Positions 1 to 13,290 of a DNA stretch of 64,000 nucleotides are shown here, piece after piece. Below the pieces are notes generated by a model. That model was not told the DNA's origin and did not search any database. It was given only the letters and a program-made list of their open reading frames with translations. How positions within the stretch are numbered: position 1 is the stretch's first letter; each line of letters starts with the position of its first letter. The stretch is from Camelus ferus (Eukaryota). Position numbers and translations under genes: made by a program. The stretch lies in NCBI RefSeq assembly GCF_009834535.1, contig NC_045696.1, positions 68,388,001 to 68,452,000 on the forward strand. Reading direction: 5' to 3'.

Positions 1-1177
1 AACACTGATTCCCTGGTATTTATGATAGAATTTCAAGACTGAAGGGGAAAGATCAGATTACCTGAGGTCCATTTTTTTCAGATGGTAAGCTAAGGCCCAG
101 AAAGGAGAGGGATCTGACCAAGGTCATACACTGAATTCACAACAGAAAGTCTAGAACTTGGACCTCCTGATTGTCATTCCATTCTTGCCCTCTACCCCAC
201 AGGGTAGCCTCTGGGTCTGGTGGGGTGGAGAGACACAGGCTCTTATTCTTTCTATAAGCACCCCCATCCCCCCACTTTCTCTCTTCCTCGGTTTGGACAT
301 ACCCCCTTGCCTCACTCTCACAGCAAACACTCCTCCTTTCTGAGTCACACCTTCTGATAGCCAAGACTCTCAAGCCTTCAGGGCCATTCAAGACAAAGTC
401 AGACTTGCATACAGCCAGGGATCCTGTGCCCTGTGCTCCACACTTCTGTTTCCATAGTAAGCACTGTCTCAATCTTCACAAAAATTGGTGAAGTGTCATT
501 ATTCCGACCAATCTTAGAGATTAGCCAACTGAAGCTCAGAGAACTGTCTAACTTGCCCCAGGTCCCACCGCTAGAAAGTCGTATGACCGGGATTGACATC
601 AGAGCTAGTGCCAGAGCTGGTAACTGCCTTATTGCCCCTTCAGCACAGCTCTGGCCAGGGGTTTCAGTCCAGACCAGGGGTAATTGAGTCTTAGCTTTTC
701 TACTAGGACAGACAGTGCTGTGATCCTGGGCTCTGAAACATTTCCTTAACCACATACTAAGCAGTGAGAACTAGAGCAAGGTAATCTACTCCCCTCAGAC
801 AGGTGAAGTAATAATGCCTCCTTAACAAGAATTGTGAAAGTTAAGGATTAGGGGAGATAACGTTTGAAAGAGCACCAGGAAGTCTGTGAAGGACCATGTA
901 ACTATTTTGTTTCAATAAACAACTCATGCTTTTGTAATCCAAATGTTAATGATGATGTTATCTGTACTATTTGACTGTAGGCCTTCTCAAATATGTTGAT
1001 TAAATGGGTAGTTACAGATAGTAAGTGCATGAATAATTAAAATATTTCACTGGGCTTTTTCAATTTGACATCTTACCAAAAAAGTGGAAGTTGGTTTGTA
1101 GCTTACAAATGCATGTATCATTGTGCCAATCCTTACACATAAACAAAAAAAAAAGAAAAACATCACTGTTGTCATCT

Positions 1178-1355
1178 TAACAAACATTTATTGAGCACAT
1201 AATATGTGCCAGAAATCAGACTAAATATTCTAGTCCTCATCATCTCATTTAATTATCAAGAGGTAAGTATCATTATTGTCTCCATTTTACAGATGAGGAA
1301 ACTGAAGTCCAAAGCATCTAAGTAACTTGACTAAGGTCACACAACTGTTAAGTAA
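1178..1355 (-). mobile_element. MIR SINE
   Basis: AACATTTATTGAGCAC...CCATTTTACAGATGAGGAAACTGAAG...AAGTAACTTGACTAAGGTCACACA core. Confidence 0.8.
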
Positions 1356-4300
1356 AAAAGGCTAAAGAAGTTTTCAGACATATCCACGGTGTATTTAATA
1401 TTACTTTATACCACTTCTGTTAAAACAGAACTTTCCAGATGTCTTGCATGGCTTGCAGTCAAGGTCTCCAGCACAATAGAATGTAGGCGAAATGTTAAAA
1501 CATAAACTTGTGTGTGCACGTGTGTGTGTGTGTGTCACAAGGGATAGGCAACAGTCAGAAAACCATAAAAAATTCAAGCTAAAGAAAACCACTGTAACTG
1601 ACCACAGCTGGCAGCTCTGTACTTCTTCACGTGGAGAGACACTTGCACACTTACTAACTGATTCTTTAACCAGCAAATAACTGGGCACTTACTATGTGCA
1701 GACAGTGTTCACGTTTGGAGAATAGAGAACATATGGTCACAGAACCTCCTCCTTGGACCTCACAAACTCTTGGATAAATTGTCAGATAAATGCACTGAAA
1801 TTAGTATGTGTGTGTGGGTGTGTGTGTGTACTACTTAAGTAAATTGCTTCTGGGGTATGCTCAAAAGTTGGTTCTCATTCAGACTTCCCTTTTATACAAC
1901 TGCTTAAGGAAAGAAAGAAGGGAGAATGTCCGACTTCATGAAATATGATAGGATTTGGAGAAGAAGGCAGGCTACTTAAACTGGTCAAGACGTTGGGACA
2001 TAGGATATGTTTATCTTCACTGGAACTTAGAGCTCTTTGCAGAAAAGGAAAAATGATAATAGAAAAAAAAAATACAATGTCCTGAAAGCTAAATAAAGCA
2101 AACTGGGCCTCTGATTCCCCAAGGTTCAGATTAAGAGCCTAATTCTCTAGTGGAGGATGGGAGGAATGAGAGGCTGGATTTCCATTATAAATAACCCAGA
2201 GTTCAGCCAGTATCAATTTATGTTGAAGCCCTTTAAGATGAGGCCAGAGGAGACGTACCACTAGGCCAGGCCAGGAGAGCAGGGAAATAGCTGTAGCTGA
2301 TTTCATTTTGCACAGCATTTACTGCTGCAAATCACAGCAGAAGCAAGCAGCCAGCGGCAGCAGCAGGAATCCCCAGCTGAAGGGCCCTGTCATCAAAATT
2401 TCTCTTCTTTGCCACCCAGGCAACATGGCCTTGGCTTCCATCTTGCAGTGTATTTGCATTTCCCACCTCAGGAAACAAAGTCTTGGAATTGGAAGCCATG
2501 GCGTTCACATCCCAGCCCATCCAAGTACCTGTTCTTGACACAGACAGGTTATCTTACATGTCCGTGTGGATTTCCTCATCCTCGACACGGTTCACTTCAA
2601 GGCGCTACTGAGTCCCTCGGGTGACATGAAGGATGTTAGCACACATTGGGAGGTGGTCAAATTTCCCAAACATGAAGGAGTAAATCACTTAAAATCTAAG
2701 AGGTTTGAATGCAGAGGACCATACCCATTGGCAGTCAAAAGCAGAAGTGAAATTAATGAATGATGCACCTAAATCCACAGACACACACCCATTCTAAACG
2801 TAGAATGGAATCCAAATTCACTCACCAGTTTTCAAGATCCTCCCCAAGATGTTTCCTTTTCTCTAAGACTGTCTTTTTCTCTATCCCCCCATGTCTCTAG
2901 TAGTGTGGCCAAATTGATCGCCAAGTGACTCAGGAGCCCAGGATACGGGCTTGTTCTTTGGTACCTCTGTGTGTTTGTTGGGCTGTTTCCACCTCCTGGG
3001 ATGCCTTTCCCCCGACACGGCCACATGTCCAAAACCGCTTACATACAGCCTCCTCCAGGAAGGGTGCTGCCTCTGGTTTTCCCTCATTTCTACTTAAACT
3101 GAGCACCCCTAGCAACTTCACATGTTTCTCATATTCTAAAAATTTATATTCTGATGAATTTGTCAGTTCCTTGAGAAGGATTATATCTAATTCCTCTTTG
3201 TTTCACTTATCCGGGAAATGATAATAGCTAATAGCTGAGATTTACTGAGCACTTAATGTGTGCGATCTCCTTTAATCCTCACAGCTAACTGAGGATGTTG
3301 ATACTGGTATCTCTTTCATTTTGCAAATAAGGAAACAAGGATGCAGAATGGTTCAGAAAGTTGCCCAAGTACACAGCTATGAAGTAGGGGAGTCAAGATG
3401 GAAACAAGGAATCTCCAGTCCAAATCCATGGTTCTTAGCATCCATGCCCCCGCTTACTGCATACTCTTAGCATAGGAAATACTCAGTAAATGTTTGTTAA
3501 TTGAGTGAATGAACAAACGGATGAATCAAGAAAGTGTGTGTCTTCAAGCGTGAATACTCTGTGCACAGGACTTCGTGTTCTCTTTCAGGTAGTGGCTGCT
3601 CAAGGGATATTTGCAAAGTTAATGACTGAACGAATCTGCACTAGAGCAGATGTCAGGGGAATGCTGAGTCTAGAAAGTTCTCAGAGGGGAGTTATTCACT
3701 CCCTCTTTCAACATGGATTACTCATCACTATTCTTTCAGCATTTATTCAAAGGCTGCTGTACACTGGGGAGATGATATAAAGAATAAGTCAGACATGAGT
3801 TTTAGTCCTCGGGTGCTTACGTTTTGTAAGATGAGAAATGACTGGTGTTTTTCAAGTCTGAGAAGAAGCAGACACTAGCAGAGTAAACATAATTCAAGCT
3901 CAGAAAACGGACAACAAAACATTCAGGGGTGACCAGTAAGGTAAGTCTAGTGTTGAACAGGCAGGAGTGGCTCCTTATAGAGGAAACGCAGCCGAAGATG
4001 GTGAACAGTCACTGATGACTCACCCATCAAAATAGGAAGCTCTGTCTGGTAAGGAAGATGGTGACATCCAGGCGGCAGAAACCACGAAGGTTCTGCACAG
4101 ATACTTACCACAGCCGACTGCACCTTCGCTGCCTGGGCTGCTGCCTGAAGAGAGGGGAGGCCTACTCACTGGCCATGGCTCCCCGGAGGCAGGGCAGCAC
4201 TGTGGAGGGAGACCCCAGGATCTCAGGGTCCCTGCCCCACTCTGAACAAAGTCTCCCTCGTGTAACAGCTCTGCAAATTTGGGCATATAGGAAAGTGGAG

Positions 4301-5160
4301 ATAATCACAATTTCCCTTTTCACTGAGTTGCTGTGAAGACCAAAGAGTTAATACCTGTAAAGGGTATAAAGCAGTGCCTGGCTGGTAAGAAGCACTCACT
4401 TAGTCATTAGTTATTGTCATTGTACTGCTATCCTTGATTCCAGTGGCTTGTATATTGGAACGGCAGCATCCCTAATGAATTTTAGAAGGAAGAGACGATG
4501 CTTACATATCACTTGGGTATGAAATAAGAGTATGTCATACAGCTTGCATCTTAGATAACGGCTTCATTCCTAAGATGACAGTTCTCCTGTCAGCCAGGAG
4601 CTGGCTTCTCTCAACTGCCAGACAGTTGTCCTCTGTGGCAGACCTCCAAGTGGATCATGATGTTCCCTGTTTGGGGACTTTAACCCAAGACTTTTAAGAG
4701 GCACAGAATATCATCCTGCCAAAGCCACACACTAACATTGTCTTTCACTCTGCCAGACCATTGCACCTATCAGACGCTATGATCTATTTTTAATATTTAA
4801 ATATTACTCTACCTTGAAAGTAGATATTTCTTTATTCAGGCAAATGCTGATTTAATCCCTGTATTTCTTTTCTATTTAAAACATCAAAATATATATTTTA
4901 AAAGTATATACCTTAAATAAAAATAATTCATTTAAAAAGAATTTACAACTAGATGTTGGATCTAACTCTTCTGCAAAAATAAAATTCTGGTTTTACATTT
5001 TGCAGGTAGTCGTTTAATATAAACATGTTTTAGTACAAATAACAGCTTTCAAAATTATGACTAATGAATAAATATTTTCAGAATGTAATTATTTCTATTT
5101 ATTTATGTTTATGTATCAAATATTACAACTTACCACCCAATGCTAGGGTCTCAATTTGCC

Positions 5161-5289
5161 CTGTTTTCTTTTTGAGGGAAAAGTAATTAGATTTATTCAT
5201 TTATTTACATTTGGAGGAGATACTGGGGATTGAACCCAGGACCTTGTGCATGCTAAGCATGTACTCTACCACTTGAGCTATCCTCCCCC
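5161..5289 (-). mobile_element. tRNA-derived SINE (camelid Vic-1-like)
   Basis: Reverse complement GGGGAGGATAGCTCAAGTGGTAGAGTACATGCTTAGCATGCACAAGGTCCTGGGTTCAATCCCCAG with pol III A and B boxes and an AT-rich tail; short TTTGCC flanking repeat. Confidence 0.85.
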
Positions 5290-8200
5290 TTTGCCTTATG
5301 AGATGCCTTAAATAAAAGAACACATTCATAAAAAGGAGAGATACTTTCCAAATTGTCTGATAAGATAACTTAGTTGAATAGTCAAGAAATTAAAAAAAAA
5401 GCCCTCGAGTTTATTTCACACCAGCATCAGCCAGATAAAACGTTAGGAGCTTATTGCTAGGTGGGCACAAGAGTGGGTCTGAGATCATCCAGAGAAGGTG
5501 GTGGCTATAGTGAAAATAGCACAGACTTTGGTGCCAGGAATATGGCCCTAAAACTGGATACTGACACATTGGCCAAGTGTCTTCTGAGCCTCACTTTATT
5601 CACATGAAAAAGAACCATAGTAAAAGCAACCTCACAGGGTCATTGGGAAGATTAGATCTAATAAGTTATATAAAGTGCCTGGAACATAGGAGATGCTCAA
5701 TAACTTGCAATTCTTATGATGGGGCTCATTTTGATGTATTTGCTGCAGATACAATTCGATGGTGTTTGCAGTGTATTTTTGTCGTTGTTGTTTATTGTTG
5801 TATTGGTATTTTAAAAGGCATGTTAGCAATTCTTCCTCCATGAGGTTGCCCCAGGGGGAGCCAGAAGAGGCTGGCTCATTCCTCTAGCCCATAAGACTTT
5901 CTAGAGTGCCTGTTCCAAAGCACACTGGAAAGACCATCACCCTTTGTCCACACTCAGCAGGCTACTGTTGATAATGAAGAACAGGAGGTAGGGAGACCAG
6001 AGACGTAGTCCTGTACTCCATCTCAAAAGGGCTCTGTGACCTTGGGTCAGTTGCCTCCTCTCTCTGGGCCTTAGTAGCCTAGTTTTAAGACCAGGAAATC
6101 AGATAAAATTTTATCTGGGAAACTTCCAGTTCTAAAACTGCATTAGGTAACCAAATCTATGATTTTCTGACTTAGGTATAGGTTCAAGAGAAAGACAATC
6201 TGTAGAAATGACTAAGCAGGTAGGAGGCATAAACTGTCCAACTCGTGTTTGAAAAAGTGTGCTATTGACCCGAAGTTCATGTTTTCTTAAAAGCTAAAAA
6301 TTAAAGAAGATCAGATCATTTTTTCCCTGTGACCAAGGAAGGATTTTCACACAAGCTTTATCGTCAACACCTAAGATGGTCATTTGTAAATATTTCTCTA
6401 GTCCTGGCAATAGACATGCACTTAGCACAGCACACAGTATCTTCCTGTTCACTCTGCTGACCAAGGACTCACATATGGGTTGGGATCTGGGGTAGAGTCT
6501 GTGGCCCTGGATCCTATCTGTAGCCGTTGAGGTTACCCACAACATACAGCCCCAAATATAGTTGGTGAGTGCTAGCTTGCAGTGATAAATTATTTCCTAT
6601 ACTTGAACCAATGAATAAGTCCAGGTCTAAACCATCCATCTTCTAAATCTGATCAGCCATGGAATGGGTCACCTTGGGAGGCAGAAAGCTCCCCGTCTGG
6701 AGATATCAAAGGAGTACGGTGGACTCTTTGTGAGGGGTATCATGTTGGACATTCAGGTATAGAGTGATCTCTAAAGTCCTTCTGAGCCGACGTGTATGAT
6801 TTTCTGGTTCTACCTAGTCTTGTCAGGCTGACTCTGGAATGTGGGTGATGGGTTTTATCATACTCTAAAAAAGAAATGAGTTGTTCATCCCCGACAAGGA
6901 AGAGAAAAAGGCCAACTCCGCACATGGGCTAAAAGAGTCTTTTACTAAAGACACCAATATTCCAGGGTTCTGAGCCATGGAGTTATAAATTTTGATTAAA
7001 TATGAATGACAGCATTGTGAAAAAAAGTTCAGCAGAGGTAACTGACATGCCCAAACCAGGACTTGGCACGCCGGAGAGGGCTAGATCACCTTGCCGGTAA
7101 TCACTACGCTACCTGACAATTACCTGCCTGCCCACTTCTCCCTGGGTCCTCCGAGAATCCCTGGACCTGGCTTGGTTTGTACCCAGCTCAGTACCCATGG
7201 CTCCAAGAATTGTTCTTTAGCTTAATCCAGTCCTCCTTCCCTTGGCATGCTGCCTGCTCCAACCCAGAAGTTAAAAGGTTGCACTTCCTTAAAATGTAGT
7301 ATTTCCCAACTGAACCTGCATCAATCAACTGATTAGTATAATTGCACATGCATTGCTCAAGGCCCAACTCTGGCTAATGATCGCTGGCTTTGTCTTATAC
7401 CAGGCTGGCCTTTCCTTGATCCCGCGGAGAACTGACCCCTTGAGAAAAAGTGCACAAGAAGATCTGAAATGTAACAGGGACAACACCATGTCAAATTGCC
7501 ATAGCCATCCAGAGGCCATCCGTTTGCAGCGTCTGTCCAGATCTGGTAAGGCAATTGAGTCTCAGTTTCCATGGTGGGGTGTGGAGAGTGACTCAGAAGA
7601 TAAAGAATGGCATGGTACAGGAGCCACTACAGAGGTTTCCTGCCCTAACTCTCTTTTTGGGCTCTTTAGCTGGCCCTACACTCCCCTCAGTTTTCTGATT
7701 CCCACAACTCACCTTGGGGTGGCGTTGATTTGCTGGTTGGATGAAGGAGTAGCATGGTTCAATGCCGGGAGACCTGGGGGCTTGGTCTGTGGGCATCAAG
7801 ACAAGCTCGTGGTCTTTACAGGACTCACCCTGTCTTCAGCTGGAGCCCAAGACCAAGGAGAGCAGCCCATCCTTAGAAGGAGTCTACCTGAAAGGCCAGG
7901 TCCATGCTTGTCAATGCAAGGCAGGGTATTAAGGTCTGGCTCACTCCACTGTTCTCTCTCAGGAACCACAAAGGGGTGGTAACACCACCAGCTGGAGAGC
8001 AGGGCTCACTCACGCTCTGGCTCCTGCCTGCTCCTGTCTGAGGTTGCTGTGATCTTCTCTGTTTGAAGAAAGCTACTTGGCTCTAAACTAAAATGTAAGT
8101 CTCATGAACGAACCTCCTTCCAAAGAATATGCCCTTCTCTCTCTCTCTCCTCTTCCTTTGCCTCTGTCTTCCTTTTGGTCATTTAGGTGGTGATACATGT

Positions 8201-10829
8201 TCACAGGGGATTAAAACATTTAACATGGTCACCAGAGAAGCCCAAACAGCAGTGTTTTGAATCTGTTGATGAAAAAAAGGGAAGTGATACTGGCCATTGG
8301 GTGAGCGGTGACATCAAAGAGAAGCCGTGTTCTCTTCCCTCCAGTGTGGCTGGGATTTTTTTTACCTCAAGAAGAGGATTAAATAGAGCTTTCCAGGAAA
8401 AGAATGACTCGTATTTTTATTTTTTTTCTCCTTCTACCTTCTTTTTGCAATCCATTCAGAAATATGTACATGCATTTGATACCCAGAGACCAATTTCATT
8501 TTGTGCAGAGACCTAATGCCATTGAAAACTGATACTAGGACTATACTTAATGAAACAATAACGTCCAAAGGCTTTTATAACCACTATGTTGATCCTCTGA
8601 ACAGCACAGCAGAGTTTGAAAGGACGAGTATGAGTATTACCCCAGTTTTGGGGGGAAAGCAGGGCCAGAAGGTGAAATGCCTTGTCCAGAGGTCATACAC
8701 CTGACAGACAGAAGCGTCAAGACATCATCACTTTTCTAACTTCAGGCTCAGTGGGATTTTTACTACATCTTACTGCCTCTTCCCACACAATAATCTTTTG
8801 AGATTAAGTCTCTAGACTCTAGAGTTGAGCCCATGGAGTTACTAAAAGGACTAAGGAAAAAGGAGCTTTGAAAAGGTTATATTCTTATCCCTCTTTCTCT
8901 GCACAGTGTCTGGGAATCAAGGGAAAGGAGTATAGTTTAAGATTGCTTTAAAAATTCGCTGGCCCACGGTTACCTGACTAATGACAGTAATAAAATCCTG
9001 TCTATCGAGACCACACTCGTCTTGGTTTTTCTTGGCTCATGACTTGTCTTAGCTGAGTGGCCAGCTATGTGCAAGTTAACTGGTAGGAAGGTTTTCTGGG
9101 CACAGTGACAGGTTCTGAGGCTTCTGTTGAGATCCAGGAGCAAATTTAGGCAGATTTGTACCTGTTATCAGGAGGAGGGACCAGATACTGAGCACATGGC
9201 AAGCCAGCAGCACTGCCCAAGAGCTTTGTCTAGCACAGTCTGGACTGTGTGGTCACCACCTGGATCACCTCCTGAACTCTGGGGAGAGAATTGATGATTA
9301 CTGTTCAGAAGCTGGGTCTGCTGCTGTGGGCAGTCCAGGATCTTGAGAAAAAAATCAATTTAGCGTGCCTACCCATGGGGGAAATTTTCCAGTTCCTACC
9401 AAATGAGGGTAAGATTAAAGGGCCCTTCCTCCCCTCTCTCAACTTCTCCCAGTCATTATCAGCATCATAAAATCAACCATGGGTGGCACTTGGGAGAAAT
9501 CATGGTATGGTGGCTCGTGCACTCAGCTAGGAGTACAAAGTCCCTGTTTCTCTCCAGGCTCTGTGTGGTCTTAGACAAGTGATTTGACTTTGTGGGTTTC
9601 AGTGCCTCCATCTACCAAACGGGAAGTTGGACTACATAACCTTTAACATTTCCAGGCCTGAAATTCTTTGATCCTATCTAGAATATCAAATTCTGGTCTA
9701 AACATGCTTCACCAAAAGTGTTCAAAGGTCCTCAAGCTTCTTATCTTCAGTTTGCCTCTCTCTTCTCAGGGTTGCCAGGGTGACAGTGAGCAGGAGAAGC
9801 TGCACCTCCTTCCCCACTATAGTGATCACCCGGCACCCACCCACCACACCCCCAGCTCCTCCCTTTGCCAGCGACCTTAGGCTCCAGCCACTGAAACATG
9901 CAGACACAATAGGAGGACTATTATTATGCAGAGGGCTCTCACTTTAAAGAGGAGAAAAGAGAGTCACAAGGGCTGTGAGACCCAGTCAGTTCCTGAGATG
10001 GGCCAGGACACCAGCCCAGACACACCGACACCCTAGCTGAGTGCTTGTTCCATGACACCACTACACTGGAAATTTCTTTTCTTAAGCTCTCACTTGGATA
10101 TGAGAATGTCTTCTGTTCATGACTCCCAGAATCCAGGGGATTACATTTACTGACTGAAATAAGTGACTATCTGCCCTGCATCCCCATCTATATCCATTCT
10201 AACTCCTTTTATCTTGTCTCTTCCCTGTAATTATCTTTATAATCATAAGTGTTTCCAGTACACTACCTTAAGTTGTTTCTTAGAGAAAAATGATATTAGT
10301 TAAAGTAAGAAATAAATGAATAGCAAATATTAACAATTAGGTCATTTCTTATTTGTTTAGGATACAAGATTAAAAAACAAACACATGAAAGCAAAAATAA
10401 AACCTCTCCGTACCCCATCACTCTGAAATATCCCCTGGGAACATTTGGTGAGTTTCCTTTCAGTGTTTTTTCCATACACATACATGCATACTTACTGTTC
10501 ATGACTTTTCATAGGTATTTCAAAGAGTTGTTAGGACTTATCATCATGATACACCTTTGGCCTTATATCAGCTGTATAAGATCTTCTATCAGTTGTGTAT
10601 GGAATTCTTATAATTTGCTATCACTTGTGGGGTTTCTCTTTTCTAATTAAACCGTGATTGACACAGAGCCCACTGCTGAAACTACTAAAACGTGTCAGGT
10701 CAGGAATTTGGTGTTGGCTTCCCTACCTGGACATCTTCCAGAAGTGAATTTTGAAGCATTGGACAGTATATTTCAAAACAGCTCCAGGGTTTTTAAAAAG
10801 TCAGCCATTGTTAAATATTCATTACATAT

Positions 10830-11050
10830 AACACTTACTGAACATCTGCTATATGTGTCAGACATTGTGCTAAGTGATTTGCATATATTCTATTACTTAA
10901 TCCTTACTCCCTGGGGATAAGCATATCATTGTTCCCATTTTGTAGATGAGGAAACTGGGGCTTAGGGAAGTTCCACCACCCAAAGTTGTGTGGCTAATAA
11001 GTGGCAGAGTCTTGCTTCAGACCTGGACAGTCCAGTTCCAGAGTCCACGT
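10830..11050 (-). mobile_element. MIR SINE
   Basis: ACACTTACTGAACATCTGCTATATGTGTCAG...CCCATTTTGTAGATGAGGAAACTGGGGCTTAG. Confidence 0.8.
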
Positions 11051-11209
11051 TCTGGACTCAAAGTCATGTCACTCACTAATGCACCAAGCTGGAGAGGTGT
11101 CATTTATTGGAAGGAAGGCAGGGTCTCAGGGGCAGTCGCTTGTCCTAGGAGACGAGACCTGCTGAGGAAGGCAGCAGGTGTGAGCACTGGACCCCAAGTC
11201 AAACAGGCA

Positions 11210-11410
11210 TGGGCTCGGAGCCCACTCTTCAACATGCAAGCCCTGTGACCCTGGACGCGTCCCTTTCTTGTCTGAGCATCAGTGCTGGCATCTGTAAAAG
11301 GTGGGTAGTAGGATCCGTCTCAGAGGCGGCGGTGAGGACTAAGGCTGATAACATGTGAAAGCATCTGGCATGTTTCCAGGCATATAGTAGATGCTAATAA
11401 CATTTAGTTG
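11210..11410 (+). mobile_element. MIR SINE
   Basis: CTGTGACCCTGGAC...TCTGAGCATCAG...CATCTGTAAAAG...TGTGAAAGCATCTGGCA...GGCATATAGTAG. Confidence 0.65.
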
Positions 11411-12199
11411 AATCTGAATCTGAGCAGAAAGTTTCAAGTTGTGACCTGGCTTTTAGTCTTGGATCCAACACACTTAATATGTGATTTTGAACAAGATACT
11501 AGGGCTTTTCTAGGCCCACATTCCTCATCTTTCCAGGAGGCAGCTGGACTAGAAGATCTTCAGGAGCCTGTCTAGGATCACAAGCCTTTAGTTGGTCCTA
11601 GAGGAGTGAATGTGGCCGGGGGCAGGGTCTTGCCTTCTCAAATCAACCCAAAACGGGGCCAGAGTCTCCGAAAACAGCATGTTTCTCCTTAACCCCTCTG
11701 AACTGTGGATTTTCTTGACTAGATCCAAGCACTTGGAGCTTTCTGAAATGACTAAGGGCTGATGGAAATCTCAACTATTTCTTAGAAGAAAGGGTGAGGC
11801 CACTGAATGCCAGGATGCTTAGCTGCTTTCATTGGCCCTTCTAGGAAAGGAGAGGTCATAGTTTCATAAGCTTCCCAATGATGAAAGAAAAGAACTCTGA
11901 CTTGCTCTAAAGAATACAGCTGGGAAATCATAGAGCCAGAGGATTGCTTGAGTCCCTTATACCCGATCATCTGTGATTCAGTTGTAAGACAACCAGCCAA
12001 GTTTTAACCAAAGGGCTCCTAGATGCCCAGTACTGTGGAGGGGGCAGAAGTGATGTGAGTCTCGCTCTAAAGATGCCTGCAGTCTGCCTCCATCCAGGAG
12101 ACAGAAACCAAGAGTTGGAGAACATAGACAAGTTTTGTTAGAATTTCACAGAAAAGATACCAGAAAAGATTTCCCCTACCTCCCTGGCCACTCCTACAT

Positions 12200-13290
12200 C
12201 CTCGGCCAGTGAACTTCTGACCAGAGTGTGTCCCAAGGCTCAATGGCTGGACCTCTTCTTGTTCATGCTCAGTTCTCTGGGGATCTTATTCAGTTTCACA
12301 GTTTTAATAAAATCTTAACAGTGACAGCTCCTAAATGTTTATCTTTAGCTTGGATCTCTCCCTAGAACTTCAGACTCCAAAACCCAGCTGCTTCTTCAGT
12401 CATCACCATTTGCCTGTGTATCTGGCTTCTCTTATTGGACACCTCCAAGTTAGAGTTCCTGATGGGCACCTCAGTCCTTCAAATCTACTCCACCTGCAGA
12501 CTTTCCTTGTCTGGTGAATAACAATTCCATCTGTTACAGTTGCTCGAACCAAAGAACTTGGAGTCATGCTTGACTCCCATTTCTCCACAACCCACATCCA
12601 AATTACCACCAACACTATTGGCTCTGCCTTAAAAGTACAGACAGAATTCAAATGCTCCTCACCATTTCCTAGTCCAAGCCACCATTGTCTCTCTCCAGGA
12701 TTATTATAACAGCCTCCTAAACAGTCTCGATACTCCCACCCTGCCCATCTCAATGGAGAAGCCAGAGGGATTCTGTGAAAATAAACTTTAGACTCTGTCC
12801 AAATTCTCAGTGGCTTTCCAGAGTCATAGGAACTTCCCTAATAACCCATGGGGTGTATATGACATACTGCCCTTTCCTCTCTGTCCTCCTCTCCCACTGC
12901 TCTGCCCTCCTTCACTCTGCTCCAGCTACACCAGCCTCCATGCTGTTCCTCAAACACACAGGGACACCCTGGCACAGGGCCGTGATGCTGGTACCCTCTG
13001 TCTGATGCCTCCACCCTGCCTATTCAAGCGGTTCTCTTCTTCACCTCTTCCCAGTCTTTAGTGTAACCTGCTCAGTGACGGTACACCAGCACTGAGCATT
13101 CTTCCCCTTCACACATGCCTCATCCCTCTTCCCTGCTTTTTACCTGCTTTTTAGCATTTACTACCACAAAAACAACTGTACATGTTTACTAGCCAGCTTT
13201 TTATCTGTTTCTTCCTACTAGAAGAAAATTCCAATGGACAGTGGAACATAGTGCCTGGTGTTCAGTGAATTTCAGATGAAAAAAAATGGG
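12200..13290 (+). mobile_element. LINE2 fragment
   Basis: L2 3' signatures CTCTCCCTAGAACTTCAGACTC, CAGTTGCTCGAACCAAAGAACTTGGAGTCATGCTTGACTC, CCAGCCTCCATGCTGTTCCTCAAACAC, CATAGTGCCTGG. Confidence 0.75.

Noticed and set aside
7353..7982. 209-aa ORF on the + strand
   Set aside because: Non-ATG start, no recognisable domain, no supported exon structure; the distal part looks like degraded repeat-like DNA. Consistent with a chance ORF.
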